Notes under the pieces: model-generated
Seen by the model: only the letters and a program-made list of their open reading frames with translations
What the model was told of the DNA's origin: nothing
Database searches by the model: none
Made by a program: the position numbers and the translations under genes
Part shown: positions 46,786 through 56,539 of the stretch, in pieces
Layout of the letters: each line of letters opens with the position of its first letter
Position numbering within the stretch: position 1 is the first letter of the stretch
Source of the DNA: Thermoproteota archaeon
Lineage (GTDB): Archaea > Thermoproteota > Nitrososphaeria > Nitrososphaerales > UBA57
NCBI GenBank assembly: GCA_036422215.1
Contig: JAYZAG010000008.1
Span: 2,842-66,841, forward strand
Length of the DNA stretch: 64,000 nt
Direction: 5' to 3'

Positions 46786-47451
46786 TTATTCAGTTGATGG
46801 ATCTGAAACTAAACGAATGTATGGCTTTACCGTCTTCCAACCATCTGGGAAAAGTGACTTTGCCTCTTCATCTTTAACTGCAGGAACAATTATTACATCA
46901 TCACCTTTTTTCCAATTTGCAGGGGTAGCCAATTTATGACTCACAGTCAGTTGTAATGAATCTATCACTCTTATCAGCTCTCTAAAATTACGACCAGTAG
47001 CCATTGGATAACTTAATTGCAGTTTAATTTTTTTGTCTGGACCAATAATAAAAACGGATCTGACAGTTTGATTATCTGCAGCAGTACGTCCAACACAACT
47101 ACCTTCTGTAGAAGCAGGTAACATATCATACAGCTTAGCAACACTGAGTTCTGTATCTGCAATAATTGGATAATTTGGGCGAAAACCTGTAACTTCAGCA
47201 ATATCATCTAGCCATGATACATGATCATCAACAGGGTCAACACTCAGACCAATAACTTTTGTATTTCTTTTAGCGAATTCAGATTCTAACTCTGCAAGCG
47301 CACCCAGTTCTGTTGTACATACTGGTGTAAAATCCTTTGGATGAGAAAATAGTATTGCCCATCCTTCTCCAACCCAATTATGAAATTCAATTTCTCCTTG
47401 GGTAGTCTGTGCCTTGAAGTTAGGCGCTATATCATTTATTCTAATAGACAT
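46786..47451 (-). CDS. peroxiredoxin, Prx6-like 1-Cys type
   Basis: Has the DFTPVCTTE peroxidatic motif. There is no C-terminal resolving Cys pair. Confidence 0.9.
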   Translation of the reverse strand: MSIRINDIAPNFKAQTTQGEIEFHNWVGEGWAILFSHPKDFTPVCTTELGALAELESEFAKRNTKVIGLSVDPVDDHVSWLDDIAEVTGFRPNYPIIADTELSVAKLYDMLPASTEGSCVGRTAADNQTVRSVFIIGPDKKIKLQLSYPMATGRNFRELIRVIDSLQLTVSHKLATPANWKKGDDVIIVPAVKDEEAKSLFPDGWKTVKPYIRLVSDPSTE

Positions 47452-47630
47452 TTACAATACCTCGCTTTGAATCTTTTTTTCTGTAAATTTTGCTCATTTG
47501 ATATTTTCTCCGGTAACACCTCTGCTATATAAATATAACGTGTGTTATATATTTCATTCATTTGTCACTATTTGACTTGCCGTGACCATCATGTTTTTCT
47601 TTCTCAATCTACAAATTACTTGGAGATACT

Positions 47631-48092
47631 ATGGAGATTACAATCTATTACATTTCCTTATTTGTTGGTCTAGTTTCTGGAATATTTTCTACTTTTGTTA
47701 TGACCGTTTTTGAAATTCCCTTCTATAGGTTATGGGGTATTAAAGGCGTATATGAATTTCATGAAAGTGAAATGATGATCTCAAAACTTTTGAAACGTTC
47801 ATTCTCTGGAAAGTTATCTAGGATGGGTATGATGATGCATATGCTTAATGGAAGCATGTTAGCAGTCCCATTTGTTTTCTATATGACCATCACAAATACC
47901 ATTCCATCTGCATTTATGGGAATAGCATATGCAATTGTTGTTTGGATTGTAACTTTGTTACCTATTCATAAAACTATTACTGGTGAATCTCTTGGTAAAA
48001 ATCCCTATGGGTACAAACCAATCATTGTAAGCATATTCGGTCATTTTATCTATGGTTTTGTTTTATATTTCACCTATGTTCGTATTATGTGA
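47631..48092 (+). CDS. four-TM membrane protein, paralog 1 of a tandem pair
   Basis: Shares F.IP....WGI......HE, a central H..NG/HGG motif, and IHK.ITG with 48102..48557. Confidence 0.55.
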   Translation: MEITIYYISLFVGLVSGIFSTFVMTVFEIPFYRLWGIKGVYEFHESEMMISKLLKRSFSGKLSRMGMMMHMLNGSMLAVPFVFYMTITNTIPSAFMGIAYAIVVWIVTLLPIHKTITGESLGKNPYGYKPIIVSIFGHFIYGFVLYFTYVRIM

Positions 48093-48101
48093 GTTGTTTT
48101 C

Positions 48102-48557
48102 ATGGAGTTTGAATTTTTACAAAATGGATTAATTACAGGATTACTTGCAACTCTTTTTATGACTATATTCCAAATACCAATATGGAAAAAATGGGGAATA
48201 TTTTCCATACTTGAATGGCATGAAAATCAGACATTAACTTCTGAATTATTTAACAAATCTATTGACGATTCTTTATTGCCAAGTTTTGCATTCCATTCTC
48301 TTCATGGAGGTTTAGGTGGAATTGGTTTCGCGGCAGTAGTTTACTATTTTCAAATAACTAATTATATTTTTGCTGGATCTGTTTTGGGAGTTCTTTTTAC
48401 TTTTATACTTCTCTTAATACACAAACCAATAACTGGAAATTCTCCATTTAAACAACCTCTGAATATGAATCCTTTTGGACCTTTTGTAATTAGTCTTATT
48501 TCACATCTTGTTTATGGTCTAACATTGGGATACTTTTTATCTATTCTATCAATTTGA
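48102..48557 (+). CDS. four-TM membrane protein, paralog 2 of a tandem pair
   Basis: See 47631..48092. The gap between them is 9 nt. Confidence 0.55.
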   Translation: MEFEFLQNGLITGLLATLFMTIFQIPIWKKWGIFSILEWHENQTLTSELFNKSIDDSLLPSFAFHSLHGGLGGIGFAAVVYYFQITNYIFAGSVLGVLFTFILLLIHKPITGNSPFKQPLNMNPFGPFVISLISHLVYGLTLGYFLSILSI

Positions 48558-48619
48558 TACACAAAATTCATATTCTAGCACTGAACAACATAATACACCT
48601 AATTATGAGATGAATTGAT

Positions 48620-48979
48620 ATGGTCAAAATTACACATAAACCAATAAATGAATACGTAGTCTACAAATGCACCAAATTTAGTTCTCCGGATGACTTAACA
48701 AGATACACCATAATAGATTCCGGACCAATGTCTCCTCCACACCTGAAATGGATTAATGGCGTTGTTTATCGTGTTCATTCTCCTGGCATTTCCATAATGA
48801 CTGATCTATTTACCAAAGATTTCATGGATGGAAAATTATGGATAGAGGTCGAATTTGCTCTTATGAAGGAATTTAACAGTACCATAAAATCAATTGAAGA
48901 TAATGTTGTAATTCCTGTGATAAACTGTTCGAATGATTCAAATGATAATTCTTTGGTCGAATGGCTACTTACTCAATAA
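48620..48979 (+). CDS. hypothetical protein
   Basis: 119-aa ORF with no recognised motif. Confidence 0.4.
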   Translation: MVKITHKPINEYVVYKCTKFSSPDDLTRYTIIDSGPMSPPHLKWINGVVYRVHSPGISIMTDLFTKDFMDGKLWIEVEFALMKEFNSTIKSIEDNVVIPVINCSNDSNDNSLVEWLLTQ

Positions 48980-48985
48980 AACTCA

Positions 48986-49690
48986 CTAGAAAAATTTGTC
49001 AATTATTTCTTTAACTCCTTTTCCGTTTTCAAATTCACAAACGTAATCTGCTTCTTTCTTTAATTCCATATGTGCATTAGCGACTGCAACTGAGAATCCC
49101 ACTTTTTTAAAGACTGGTAAATCGTTATACGAATCACCCATTGCTAATACTTCTTCTTTATTATAACCAGTCATATTCAATACTTTTTCTATACCTATTC
49201 CTTTATCAATATTTTTCGGCATGACATTTATCATCTCATCTGGTCTTGTTATATTGAGTTCTAATTTATTTTTATTCAATATGTCAGCTACTTCTTCTAC
49301 AAAATCATCAAGATCTATTCTTTCTTTTCTATCCAAAGCTAAAATTATTTGTTTGTCATGATGTGCTTCAGGTGGTAATTTTACCATTGGTAACAAACTT
49401 TCTAAATTATCTCTTAATTTGTTTATATTTTTCAAATCTCCATTTATTATTTTCTTTTTCTTAAATGGATCGTAAATTAATGTACCTTCTTCACATATTA
49501 CAAAATCTTCTATTCCTAAACATCTTGCTATTCCTAAAACGTAGTATAAAGTTCTTCCAGAACACAATATTACTCGTATTTTTTTATTATATATTTCTCG
49601 TATTGATTCTATTAATTCTGGTTTGATTGGCTGCTTTCCAAATAAAGTCCCATCTAAGTCTAACACTAGAACTTTGTACTTTGAATTCAT
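48986..49690 (-). CDS. HAD-IIB family phosphatase (Cof / phosphoglycolate-phosphatase-like)
   Basis: LDLDGTLFG motif I, CSGR motif II and GDSYNDLPVF motif IV. Confidence 0.75.
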   Translation of the reverse strand: MNSKYKVLVLDLDGTLFGKQPIKPELIESIREIYNKKIRVILCSGRTLYYVLGIARCLGIEDFVICEEGTLIYDPFKKKKIINGDLKNINKLRDNLESLLPMVKLPPEAHHDKQIILALDRKERIDLDDFVEEVADILNKNKLELNITRPDEMINVMPKNIDKGIGIEKVLNMTGYNKEEVLAMGDSYNDLPVFKKVGFSVAVANAHMELKKEADYVCEFENGKGVKEIIDKFF

Positions 49691-49749
49691 ATGACTCTAA
49701 ATTGAAAATTGATTATTAACTTCTGTCATTTTCTTAAAATTAGTTAAAA

Positions 49750-49823
49750 TGCCGAGAGCCGGATTTGAACCGGCGACAGCTCCGGCTTCAGCGGAGTGCT
49801 CTCCCAGGCTGAGCTACCTCGGC
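49750..49823 (-). tRNA. tRNA-Phe (anticodon GAA)
   Basis: The reverse complement reads GCCGAGG-TA-GCTC-AGCCTGGGA-GAGC-A-CTCCG-CTGAAGC-CGGAG-CTGTC-GCCGG-TTCAAAT-CCGGC-TCTCGGC-A. Confidence 0.9.
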
Positions 49824-49828
49824 TTTGA

Positions 49829-49921
49829 TGCGCTCGACGGGATTTGAACCCGTGTTCCGGAGTTGGAAACCCCGTGTCCTAGACCAGATTGTCCCCATTT
49901 ATTGGACTGGACGACGAACGC
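49829..49921 (-). tRNA. tRNA-Gly (anticodon UCC) with an apparent 18-nt insertion/intron in the D-loop (about 49888-49905)
   Basis: The reverse complement reads GCGTTCG-TC-GTCC-AGT[CCAATAAATGGGGACAAT]CTGGTCTA-GGAC-A-CGGGG-TTTCCAA-CTCCG-GAAC-ACGGG-TTCAAAT-CCCGT-CGAGCGC-A. It is 75 nt without the insert. Lies 5 nt upstream of tRNA-Phe. Confidence 0.8.
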
Positions 49922-49957
49922 TGTTATTGCTTTAAAGCTGTATATTAAATAAATATA

Positions 49958-50644
49958 TTAAGTATATTTGTTTTCTATACAATTTAATTCATATTCATAT
50001 AACATTCTTGAACACACTATATGACTTTCTAATTGTTCTTTATCAATTGAGTACATTTCATTAAATTTTTTCTCCGTGTTTTGTCCAAAATCACCATGAG
50101 GAAATCCACCTATTATTAATAATGGTCTATCATATTCCTCTAGTTTTTTTGCAATTTGTCTACATTCCTTTATTTCTCCCTTCGATGAAAGACCAATTAT
50201 TATATCTGGCTTAGTTTTTCCAATTAATCCATCTAGATCTGTATCTAATATTTCTATTAATTTTTTATTTTCATGTTCTATTATTTTTTCACGAAAAAGC
50301 TTTGACATTAATAATTCAAATCTTGAATATGATTTAGGCAAACGTACGTTTTTATGAATGCGTATTATGTTGTTGTTTATTGTATGTATGTATATTTCTA
50401 CTAGATTATTCTTGTATAGTGGAGTTGCTATTATATTCAATAAAGTAATATGAATTAGATCAGGTCTTCCTCTCTTATGTTTATCTTTTAGATTCTTCAT
50501 TGCATCAAAATGTATACTCTTATCAAGTAGGAAATATTCTAATGATTTTTTATTTCTGTGAATTTGCTTCTTAACTGAATTATTTTTTGCAATTTCTGGG
50601 GGTATTGGCTCTAAAGCTGATTCTGCTAATATTAATGTTAACAT
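49958..50644 (-). CDS. nep1: ribosomal RNA small-subunit methyltransferase Nep1 (EMG1/Mra1 family)
   Basis: LILAESALEPIP, RGRPDLIHITLLNIIATPLYK and IGGFPHGDF. Confidence 0.85.
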   Translation of the reverse strand: MLTLILAESALEPIPPEIAKNNSVKKQIHRNKKSLEYFLLDKSIHFDAMKNLKDKHKRGRPDLIHITLLNIIATPLYKNNLVEIYIHTINNNIIRIHKNVRLPKSYSRFELLMSKLFREKIIEHENKKLIEILDTDLDGLIGKTKPDIIIGLSSKGEIKECRQIAKKLEEYDRPLLIIGGFPHGDFGQNTEKKFNEMYSIDKEQLESHIVCSRMLYEYELNCIENKYT

Positions 50645-50687
50645 TTTTTATATACATCTTTTTATTGTGTATTATTTATATTATATT

Positions 50688-50993
50688 ATGCGTCTAACTA
50701 GAAGAAAAAAGCGACAAATTGGACAGCAAAGGTTTAATTATCTTATGGATGTTGCTTTGTCAACTTCTACCCAAGATAGATTATTGGGTAGACAACAAGC
50801 TAGATTAGCTAGACGAATCTGGTTGAAATTCAATCTCAATATTCCTTATAGTTTTCGCCAGTTGTTTTGTCATGGATGTAAAAACTTCATTATTCCAGGT
50901 TATAATTGTAGAATAAGATTATCTAAGGTGAGAAAGGGATTGAATATAACATGTTATGATTGTGGGTTCATTTATAGAAAACTTCTATCATAA
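50688..50993 (+). CDS. rnp4: RNase P protein component 4 (Rpp21/Rpr2)
   Basis: Helical N-terminus (LARRIWLKFN) and Zn-ribbon FCHGCKNFIIPGYNCRIRL...ITCYDCGFIYR. ATG 50688 is preferred over the ORF-track start. Confidence 0.75.
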   Translation: MRLTRRKKRQIGQQRFNYLMDVALSTSTQDRLLGRQQARLARRIWLKFNLNIPYSFRQLFCHGCKNFIIPGYNCRIRLSKVRKGLNITCYDCGFIYRKLLS

Positions 50994-51042
50994 ATCAAAA
51001 AACCTAAAATACTCCATAAAACAAAATTCATACTATAAGAAT

Positions 51043-51495
51043 ATGACCGACGCATTTCAAGTTCCACACGATATGTTAATCGACAAATTGGCATCTACTC
51101 TAAAATCTAATGACTCTATAAATCCACCTGACTGGGTTCTCTATGTAAAATTAGGATCTGCCAAGGAAAGACCACCTCACAGTAATGATTGGTGGTATAC
51201 TAGATGCGCCTCAATTTTACGTAAATTATATGTTAACGGACCTTTGGGTTTATCTGTTTTAGAAAGAGAATATGGAGACAAAAAACAAATTAAATTTTCC
51301 AAATCTCATCAAAGAGATTCTGGCCAATCTGCAATACGAAAACCACTTCATCAGCTAGAGCAAGCTGGTCTAGTCGTAAAATCATCTAAAGGAAGAATGT
51401 TATCAGGTTCAGGACATAGTCTTTTAGATAAAACCAGTTCTGAAATAATCAGAAGTCTATCTTCTGAAGTCCCTGCACTTTCTAAATATACTTAG
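51043..51495 (+). CDS. rps19e: 30S ribosomal protein eS19
   Basis: PPDWVLYVKLGSAKERPP..DWWYTRCASILRKLY..GP.G. ATG 51043 is preferred, because the ORF-track N-terminus overlaps rnp4. Confidence 0.9.
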   Translation: MTDAFQVPHDMLIDKLASTLKSNDSINPPDWVLYVKLGSAKERPPHSNDWWYTRCASILRKLYVNGPLGLSVLEREYGDKKQIKFSKSHQRDSGQSAIRKPLHQLEQAGLVVKSSKGRMLSGSGHSLLDKTSSEIIRSLSSEVPALSKYT

Positions 51496-51517
51496 CTTAT
51501 TATAAAGTGAAAAAAAT

Positions 51518-52162
51518 TTGTTAGCTATATTTGATACAGAAGGAGTTCTAGTTGATGGTGAATTTATGCCTCAAGCTGCACGACTCTCAGATAAAGCGAA
51601 AGAGGTTTCTGAAATTACCGATCAAGGAGTTCGTGGTGATATTGATTGGGTTACAGGATTACATAAACGAGTTGAATTACTCAAAGGCATATCATATGAT
51701 GATTGTTGTAGTATTGCAAATGAAATGACTATTATGGATGGAGCGTTTGAAACTATTTCTGAATTAAAAAAACTAGGCTTTACAACAATAACTGTTTCTG
51801 GAGGCCCTGACATCTTAATTAATAGATTAAAAAAAGAACTTAATCTTGATTATGTATTCTGTAATGATCTAGTATTTGAAAACAATAAATTAACGAATAT
51901 TAATGTAAACGTTAATCATAAGGCTCAAGTTGTGCTGAATTGGTTTGATGGCAAATTCCCAAACTCTTTGCCTCCTCATGATCTCTCAATAGATACAGCA
52001 ATTAGTATCGTTGACGGAGCAAATGATGTTACTTTGTTTGATATTTGTAAATTGAATATTGCTTTCAATGCACAAGAAATTGTAAAAAATAATGCGGATG
52101 TAATAATACACAAAAAGAATTTATTAGAAATACTCCCTCACGTTAAGAAAATATTATCTTAA
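51518..52162 (+). CDS. phosphoserine-phosphatase-like HAD hydrolase with atypical motif I
   Basis: SerB-like order: FDTEGVL (motif I, Glu where the second Asp is expected), cap-region HKRVELLKG, VSGGP and VDGANDV. TTG start. Confidence 0.55.
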   Translation: MLAIFDTEGVLVDGEFMPQAARLSDKAKEVSEITDQGVRGDIDWVTGLHKRVELLKGISYDDCCSIANEMTIMDGAFETISELKKLGFTTITVSGGPDILINRLKKELNLDYVFCNDLVFENNKLTNINVNVNHKAQVVLNWFDGKFPNSLPPHDLSIDTAISIVDGANDVTLFDICKLNIAFNAQEIVKNNADVIIHKKNLLEILPHVKKILS

Positions 52163-52165
52163 TAT

Positions 52166-55100
52166 TCATTTATTATTAATTTTTTCTACTATATTTATTC
52201 CATTATTTTCTAACCATTCTAATCCATCAACAAATACTTTTGATGCTTCTATTGTGGTGAAAACAGGAATTCCCATTTCAACAGCTTTACGCCTAATTAG
52301 ATATTCATCTTCTATTATATCTTTCATTTTATTATCTGTTGATTTTGATGGAATGTTTATTATAAGATCTAACTCTCTTTTTACTAAATAATCTTCGAGA
52401 TTTGGTTTTCTATCTTTTTCCCCAATTTTATATAATGCAATAGAATTAATATCATTTTTTGCAAGATAATCTGCAGTATGTTCTGTTGCAAATATTTTAA
52501 ACCCTAAACTATTGAATTTTTTAATTATTGGAAGTGTTTCAATTTTCTTATCTGTACCTCCTACACTAACAAGAACACTTCCATTTTTTCGAGGCATTAC
52601 ATATCCTGCCGCTATTAATGCTTTTATAAATGCTTCATAGAAATTATCTCCAAAACATGCAACTTCTCCTGTTGATTGCATTTCCACTCCTAAATTGGGA
52701 TCTGAACCTTCTAATTGCATGAATGAAAACTGTGGTATTTTAACTCCAACTTTCTTTATATTTTTATAATGATGAAAACTTGAATCGATCGTTTTATTTG
52801 TAATTGCTAATGCTGCTATGTTCATCATATTTACTCCTGTTAATTTTGACACAAATGGCATACTTCTTGATGCACGTAAGTTACATTCTATTATGTAGAC
52901 TTTTCCATCTTTTACTAAAAATTGCACATTGAATGGTCCTTTTATTTGTAATGCACGTGCTATTTTATTTGTGTAATCTATTACCAATGCTTCTTCACTT
53001 GGTTCTAAAGTCTGTGGCGGTATTGACATCATTGCATCACCTGAATGCACACCTGCTTTTTCAATATGTTCAAGTATAGCCCCTATGAATGTATTTATCC
53101 CATCTGAAACCGCATCAACTTCAATCTCTTTTGCATCTAGGAAAAATTTAGTAATTACTACAGGATGATCTGGACTTATTTCTGTAGCTTCATTTAGAAA
53201 TTTTTTTAATTGTTTATAACTCCACACTGTTCTCATTGCTGCACCACTCAGAACATATGATGGACGTACTAATACTGGAAAACCTTGTTCGTTGACAAAT
53301 TTTTCAGCATCTGCTAATGATCTAAATTCACTCCAAGCTGGTTGAGGTATATTTAATTGATCTAGTAGTGTACTGAATTTTGATCTATCTTCCGCACGAT
53401 CCACATTTCTACTATTGGTACCAACAATTTGTATTCCTGCTTCTGCTAATTTTACGATTAAATTATTTGCTACTTGTCCTCCAACACATACCACAACCCC
53501 TTCTGGGTTTTCTTTTTCGTAAATATCTACAACTCTCTCATACGTGATCTCTTCGAAGTATAACTTGTCACACATATCGTAATCTGTGGAAACTGTTTCC
53601 GGATTACAATTAATCACAATTATCTCGTCATAACCTGATTTCTTGAGAGCCCAGACCATATTCATTGTCGACCAATCGAATTCTACCGAACTTCCAATTC
53701 TGTATACTCCTGCACCAATTACTATTATTTTCTTCTTTTTTGTATCACTGACGTCATCTTTATTCGCACCATATGACGTATACAGGTAATTAGTTTTTGC
53801 TGGCCATTCTGCACCTAATGTATCTATTTGTCTTGTATATGGTGTAATTGATTCTTTTTTACGTATGTTTCTTATATCATTCTCCGATTTCTCAGTTGCT
53901 AATGCTATTTGAGTGTCTGCAAATCCTAATTTTTTTGAATTCAATAATAATTCTCGAGGGATATTCTTCTTTTCTTTTTGTAATTCTTCATATGTTGATA
54001 TTATGTTCTTGATTTTATCTAAATACCATACATCGATTGAAGTAATTTGATTAATTCTTTCTGTAGACATTCCTGCTTTTAATGCATGCATTACGTTAAA
54101 CAGTATTTCATCTGTTGGATGTCTTAGATCTTCCTCACATTTTTCTATTGTTTTTATATCATCTATGTTATCAGTTAGTCCTTTTTTTCCGATGTCTAAC
54201 ATTCTTATTGCTTTTTGTAATGCTTCTTCGAATGTTCTACCTATTCCCATTACTTCTCCTACTGATTTCATTTGTGTTCCTATTCTACGTGATACTCTTT
54301 CGAACTTTTTTAAATCCCATCTAGGAAATTTTATTACTAGATAATCTAATGAAGGTTCAAAACATGCTGTTGTAACTCCTGTTACTTGATTTTTCAATTC
54401 ATCTAATGTGTATCCGAGTGCTACTTTAGTTGCTAAATATGCAAGAGGATATCCTGTCGCTTTAGACGCTAATGCTGATGATCTTGACAATCTAGCGTTA
54501 ATTTCTATCACATTGTAGTCTTCAGATTCAGGATCTAATGCAAACTGTACGTTACACTCTCCTATTATGTTGCATGTACTTGCTGCCTTCAAAGATAATT
54601 CTCTTAATTTATGATATTCTCTATTGTTAATTGTTTGAGATGGCGCTACAACTATGTTGTCTCCAGTATGTACTCTCATTCCCAAGAGATTTTCCATATT
54701 ACATACTGTTACTGCATTACCTTTTGTATCTCGCATTACTTCATACTCTATTTGCTTCCAATCCCCAACATATTCTTCCATAAGTACTTGGGCGTTCATG
54801 CTGTTTGCTAAACCTCTTGATACTATTTCGTCTAATTCATATTCATTATGTGCAACTCCTCCTCCTTTTCCACCAAGCGTATATGCAGCTCTTAACATTA
54901 CAGGATAACCCATCTCTTTTGCGATTTCATGAGCTTCATCTAATGAATATATCGCACGACTCTTTGGCACAGAAATATTTGCATTATTCATACATTGTTT
55001 GAATAGATCTCTGTCTTCTGTGATTTCTATCCCTCTGATTTGTGTTCCTAGTACCTTCACATCATATTTGTCTAAAATTCCTTGTTTAGCTAATTGTACA

Positions 55101-55396
55101 CCACAATTTAATGCAGTTTGACCTCCAAATCCTAATAATATTGCATCTGGCCTTTCTTTTGCTATGACATTTTCAACGAATTCAGGTATTACTGGCACTA
55201 AATATACATTTGGTGATATTGCCTTGTCTGTTTGAATTGTTGCTATGTTTGGATTTATTAAAACTGTTGAGATGTTTTCTTCTTTCAATGCTTTAATACA
55301 TTGACTACCTGAATAATCGAATTCTCCAGCTTCTCCAATCTTTATTGCTCCACTTCCAAGCACCAGTACTTTTTTTAAATTATTTTTGTTGATCAT
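52166..55396 (-). CDS. carB: carbamoyl-phosphate synthase large subunit
   Basis: 1076 aa with duplicated ATP-grasp halves. N-terminus reads KKVLVLGSGAIKIGEAGEFDYSGSQ, and the second half has VIGAGVYRIGSSVEFDW. Confidence 0.95.
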   Translation of the reverse strand: MINKNNLKKVLVLGSGAIKIGEAGEFDYSGSQCIKALKEENISTVLINPNIATIQTDKAISPNVYLVPVIPEFVENVIAKERPDAILLGFGGQTALNCGVQLAKQGILDKYDVKVLGTQIRGIEITEDRDLFKQCMNNANISVPKSRAIYSLDEAHEIAKEMGYPVMLRAAYTLGGKGGGVAHNEYELDEIVSRGLANSMNAQVLMEEYVGDWKQIEYEVMRDTKGNAVTVCNMENLLGMRVHTGDNIVVAPSQTINNREYHKLRELSLKAASTCNIIGECNVQFALDPESEDYNVIEINARLSRSSALASKATGYPLAYLATKVALGYTLDELKNQVTGVTTACFEPSLDYLVIKFPRWDLKKFERVSRRIGTQMKSVGEVMGIGRTFEEALQKAIRMLDIGKKGLTDNIDDIKTIEKCEEDLRHPTDEILFNVMHALKAGMSTERINQITSIDVWYLDKIKNIISTYEELQKEKKNIPRELLLNSKKLGFADTQIALATEKSENDIRNIRKKESITPYTRQIDTLGAEWPAKTNYLYTSYGANKDDVSDTKKKKIIVIGAGVYRIGSSVEFDWSTMNMVWALKKSGYDEIIVINCNPETVSTDYDMCDKLYFEEITYERVVDIYEKENPEGVVVCVGGQVANNLIVKLAEAGIQIVGTNSRNVDRAEDRSKFSTLLDQLNIPQPAWSEFRSLADAEKFVNEQGFPVLVRPSYVLSGAAMRTVWSYKQLKKFLNEATEISPDHPVVITKFFLDAKEIEVDAVSDGINTFIGAILEHIEKAGVHSGDAMMSIPPQTLEPSEEALVIDYTNKIARALQIKGPFNVQFLVKDGKVYIIECNLRASRSMPFVSKLTGVNMMNIAALAITNKTIDSSFHHYKNIKKVGVKIPQFSFMQLEGSDPNLGVEMQSTGEVACFGDNFYEAFIKALIAAGYVMPRKNGSVLVSVGGTDKKIETLPIIKKFNSLGFKIFATEHTADYLAKNDINSIALYKIGEKDRKPNLEDYLVKRELDLIINIPSKSTDNKMKDIIEDEYLIRRKAVEMGIPVFTTIEASKVFVDGLEWLENNGINIVEKINNK

Positions 55397-56517
55397 TTAT
55401 TCACCATTTTATTAAACACATCAAATACAAATCCTGTATCGTATGGTCCTGGAAAAGCTTCTGGATGAAACTGAACTGCTAAAGCTCTCTTTGATTTATG
55501 TTTCACTCCTTCTACCGTGTTATCATCTGCATTAATGAACCATGGTTCAAGTTCTGTATCTTTCAATGATTTATGATCAACAGCATAACCGTGGTTCTGA
55601 CTTGTTATGTATGTGTTATTACCTAACATGTCTTTGCATGGTTTATTTTGTCCTCTATGACCGTATTGTAATTTATATGTATTAGCACCTAATGCAAGAG
55701 ATAATATTTGATTTCCTAAACATATTCCTAATGTTGGTAAATCTGAGTTAACTATTTGTCTTATTGTTTCAAATGTATTACTACATGTTTTTGGATCTCC
55801 TGGTCCATTGCTTATTACTATTCCAGCAGGTTTGTATGATAATATTTCATCGAATCCTGTATCATATGGTAATACTGTAACTGAGTATTTTCTCTGTAGC
55901 AAATTTCTTAATATCCCATTTTTCTTTCCAAAATCCAACAGTATGATGTTCTTTTTTCCATTACCATATGTTTGAGGCTTCTTGACACTTACATCTCTGA
56001 TCAGATTTTCTTCTCCATATGTTCTTGATTTTTTCAAGAATTCAGATAACTCATCTAAATCACAATCACCGTAATATGTTTCTAATGCACCCATCATCAC
56101 CCCTTTTGTTCTTAGTTTCATTGTAATAGTTCTTGTATCAATATCGTATATCCCTGGTATGTTTTCCTCTTTTAACCATTCACTAAAATCTTTTGATGAC
56201 GCCCAATGGTTTGGTGTTTTGCACAAATCATGAATTATAACACCTTTTGTTTTTATTGATTCTGATTCAAAATATTTTGGAAGTTTATATTCATCTAATA
56301 TATTGTATTTCGGAACACCATAATTTCCTATTAATGGATATGTAAAACATAATATCTGTCCTGCGTAAGAAGGATCGGTTAAGGTTTCAGTGTATCCAAC
56401 CATTCCTGTATTAAACACAACTTCTCCACTTATTCTTTTTTCAGCACCTAATCCTTTACCATGTATTATTGTTCCATCTTCTAGAACCAATACTGATTTT
56501 GGTGTTTCTTTTGTCAT
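55393..56517 (-). CDS. carA: carbamoyl-phosphate synthase small subunit (glutaminase)
   Basis: GICLGNQIL (catalytic Cys) and FHPE. Overlaps carB by 4 nt. Confidence 0.95.
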   Translation of the reverse strand: MTKETPKSVLVLEDGTIIHGKGLGAEKRISGEVVFNTGMVGYTETLTDPSYAGQILCFTYPLIGNYGVPKYNILDEYKLPKYFESESIKTKGVIIHDLCKTPNHWASSKDFSEWLKEENIPGIYDIDTRTITMKLRTKGVMMGALETYYGDCDLDELSEFLKKSRTYGEENLIRDVSVKKPQTYGNGKKNIILLDFGKKNGILRNLLQRKYSVTVLPYDTGFDEILSYKPAGIVISNGPGDPKTCSNTFETIRQIVNSDLPTLGICLGNQILSLALGANTYKLQYGHRGQNKPCKDMLGNNTYITSQNHGYAVDHKSLKDTELEPWFINADDNTVEGVKHKSKRALAVQFHPEAFPGPYDTGFVFDVFNKMVNK

Positions 56518-56539
56518 TTTCTATTAATTACTTTAGGTA

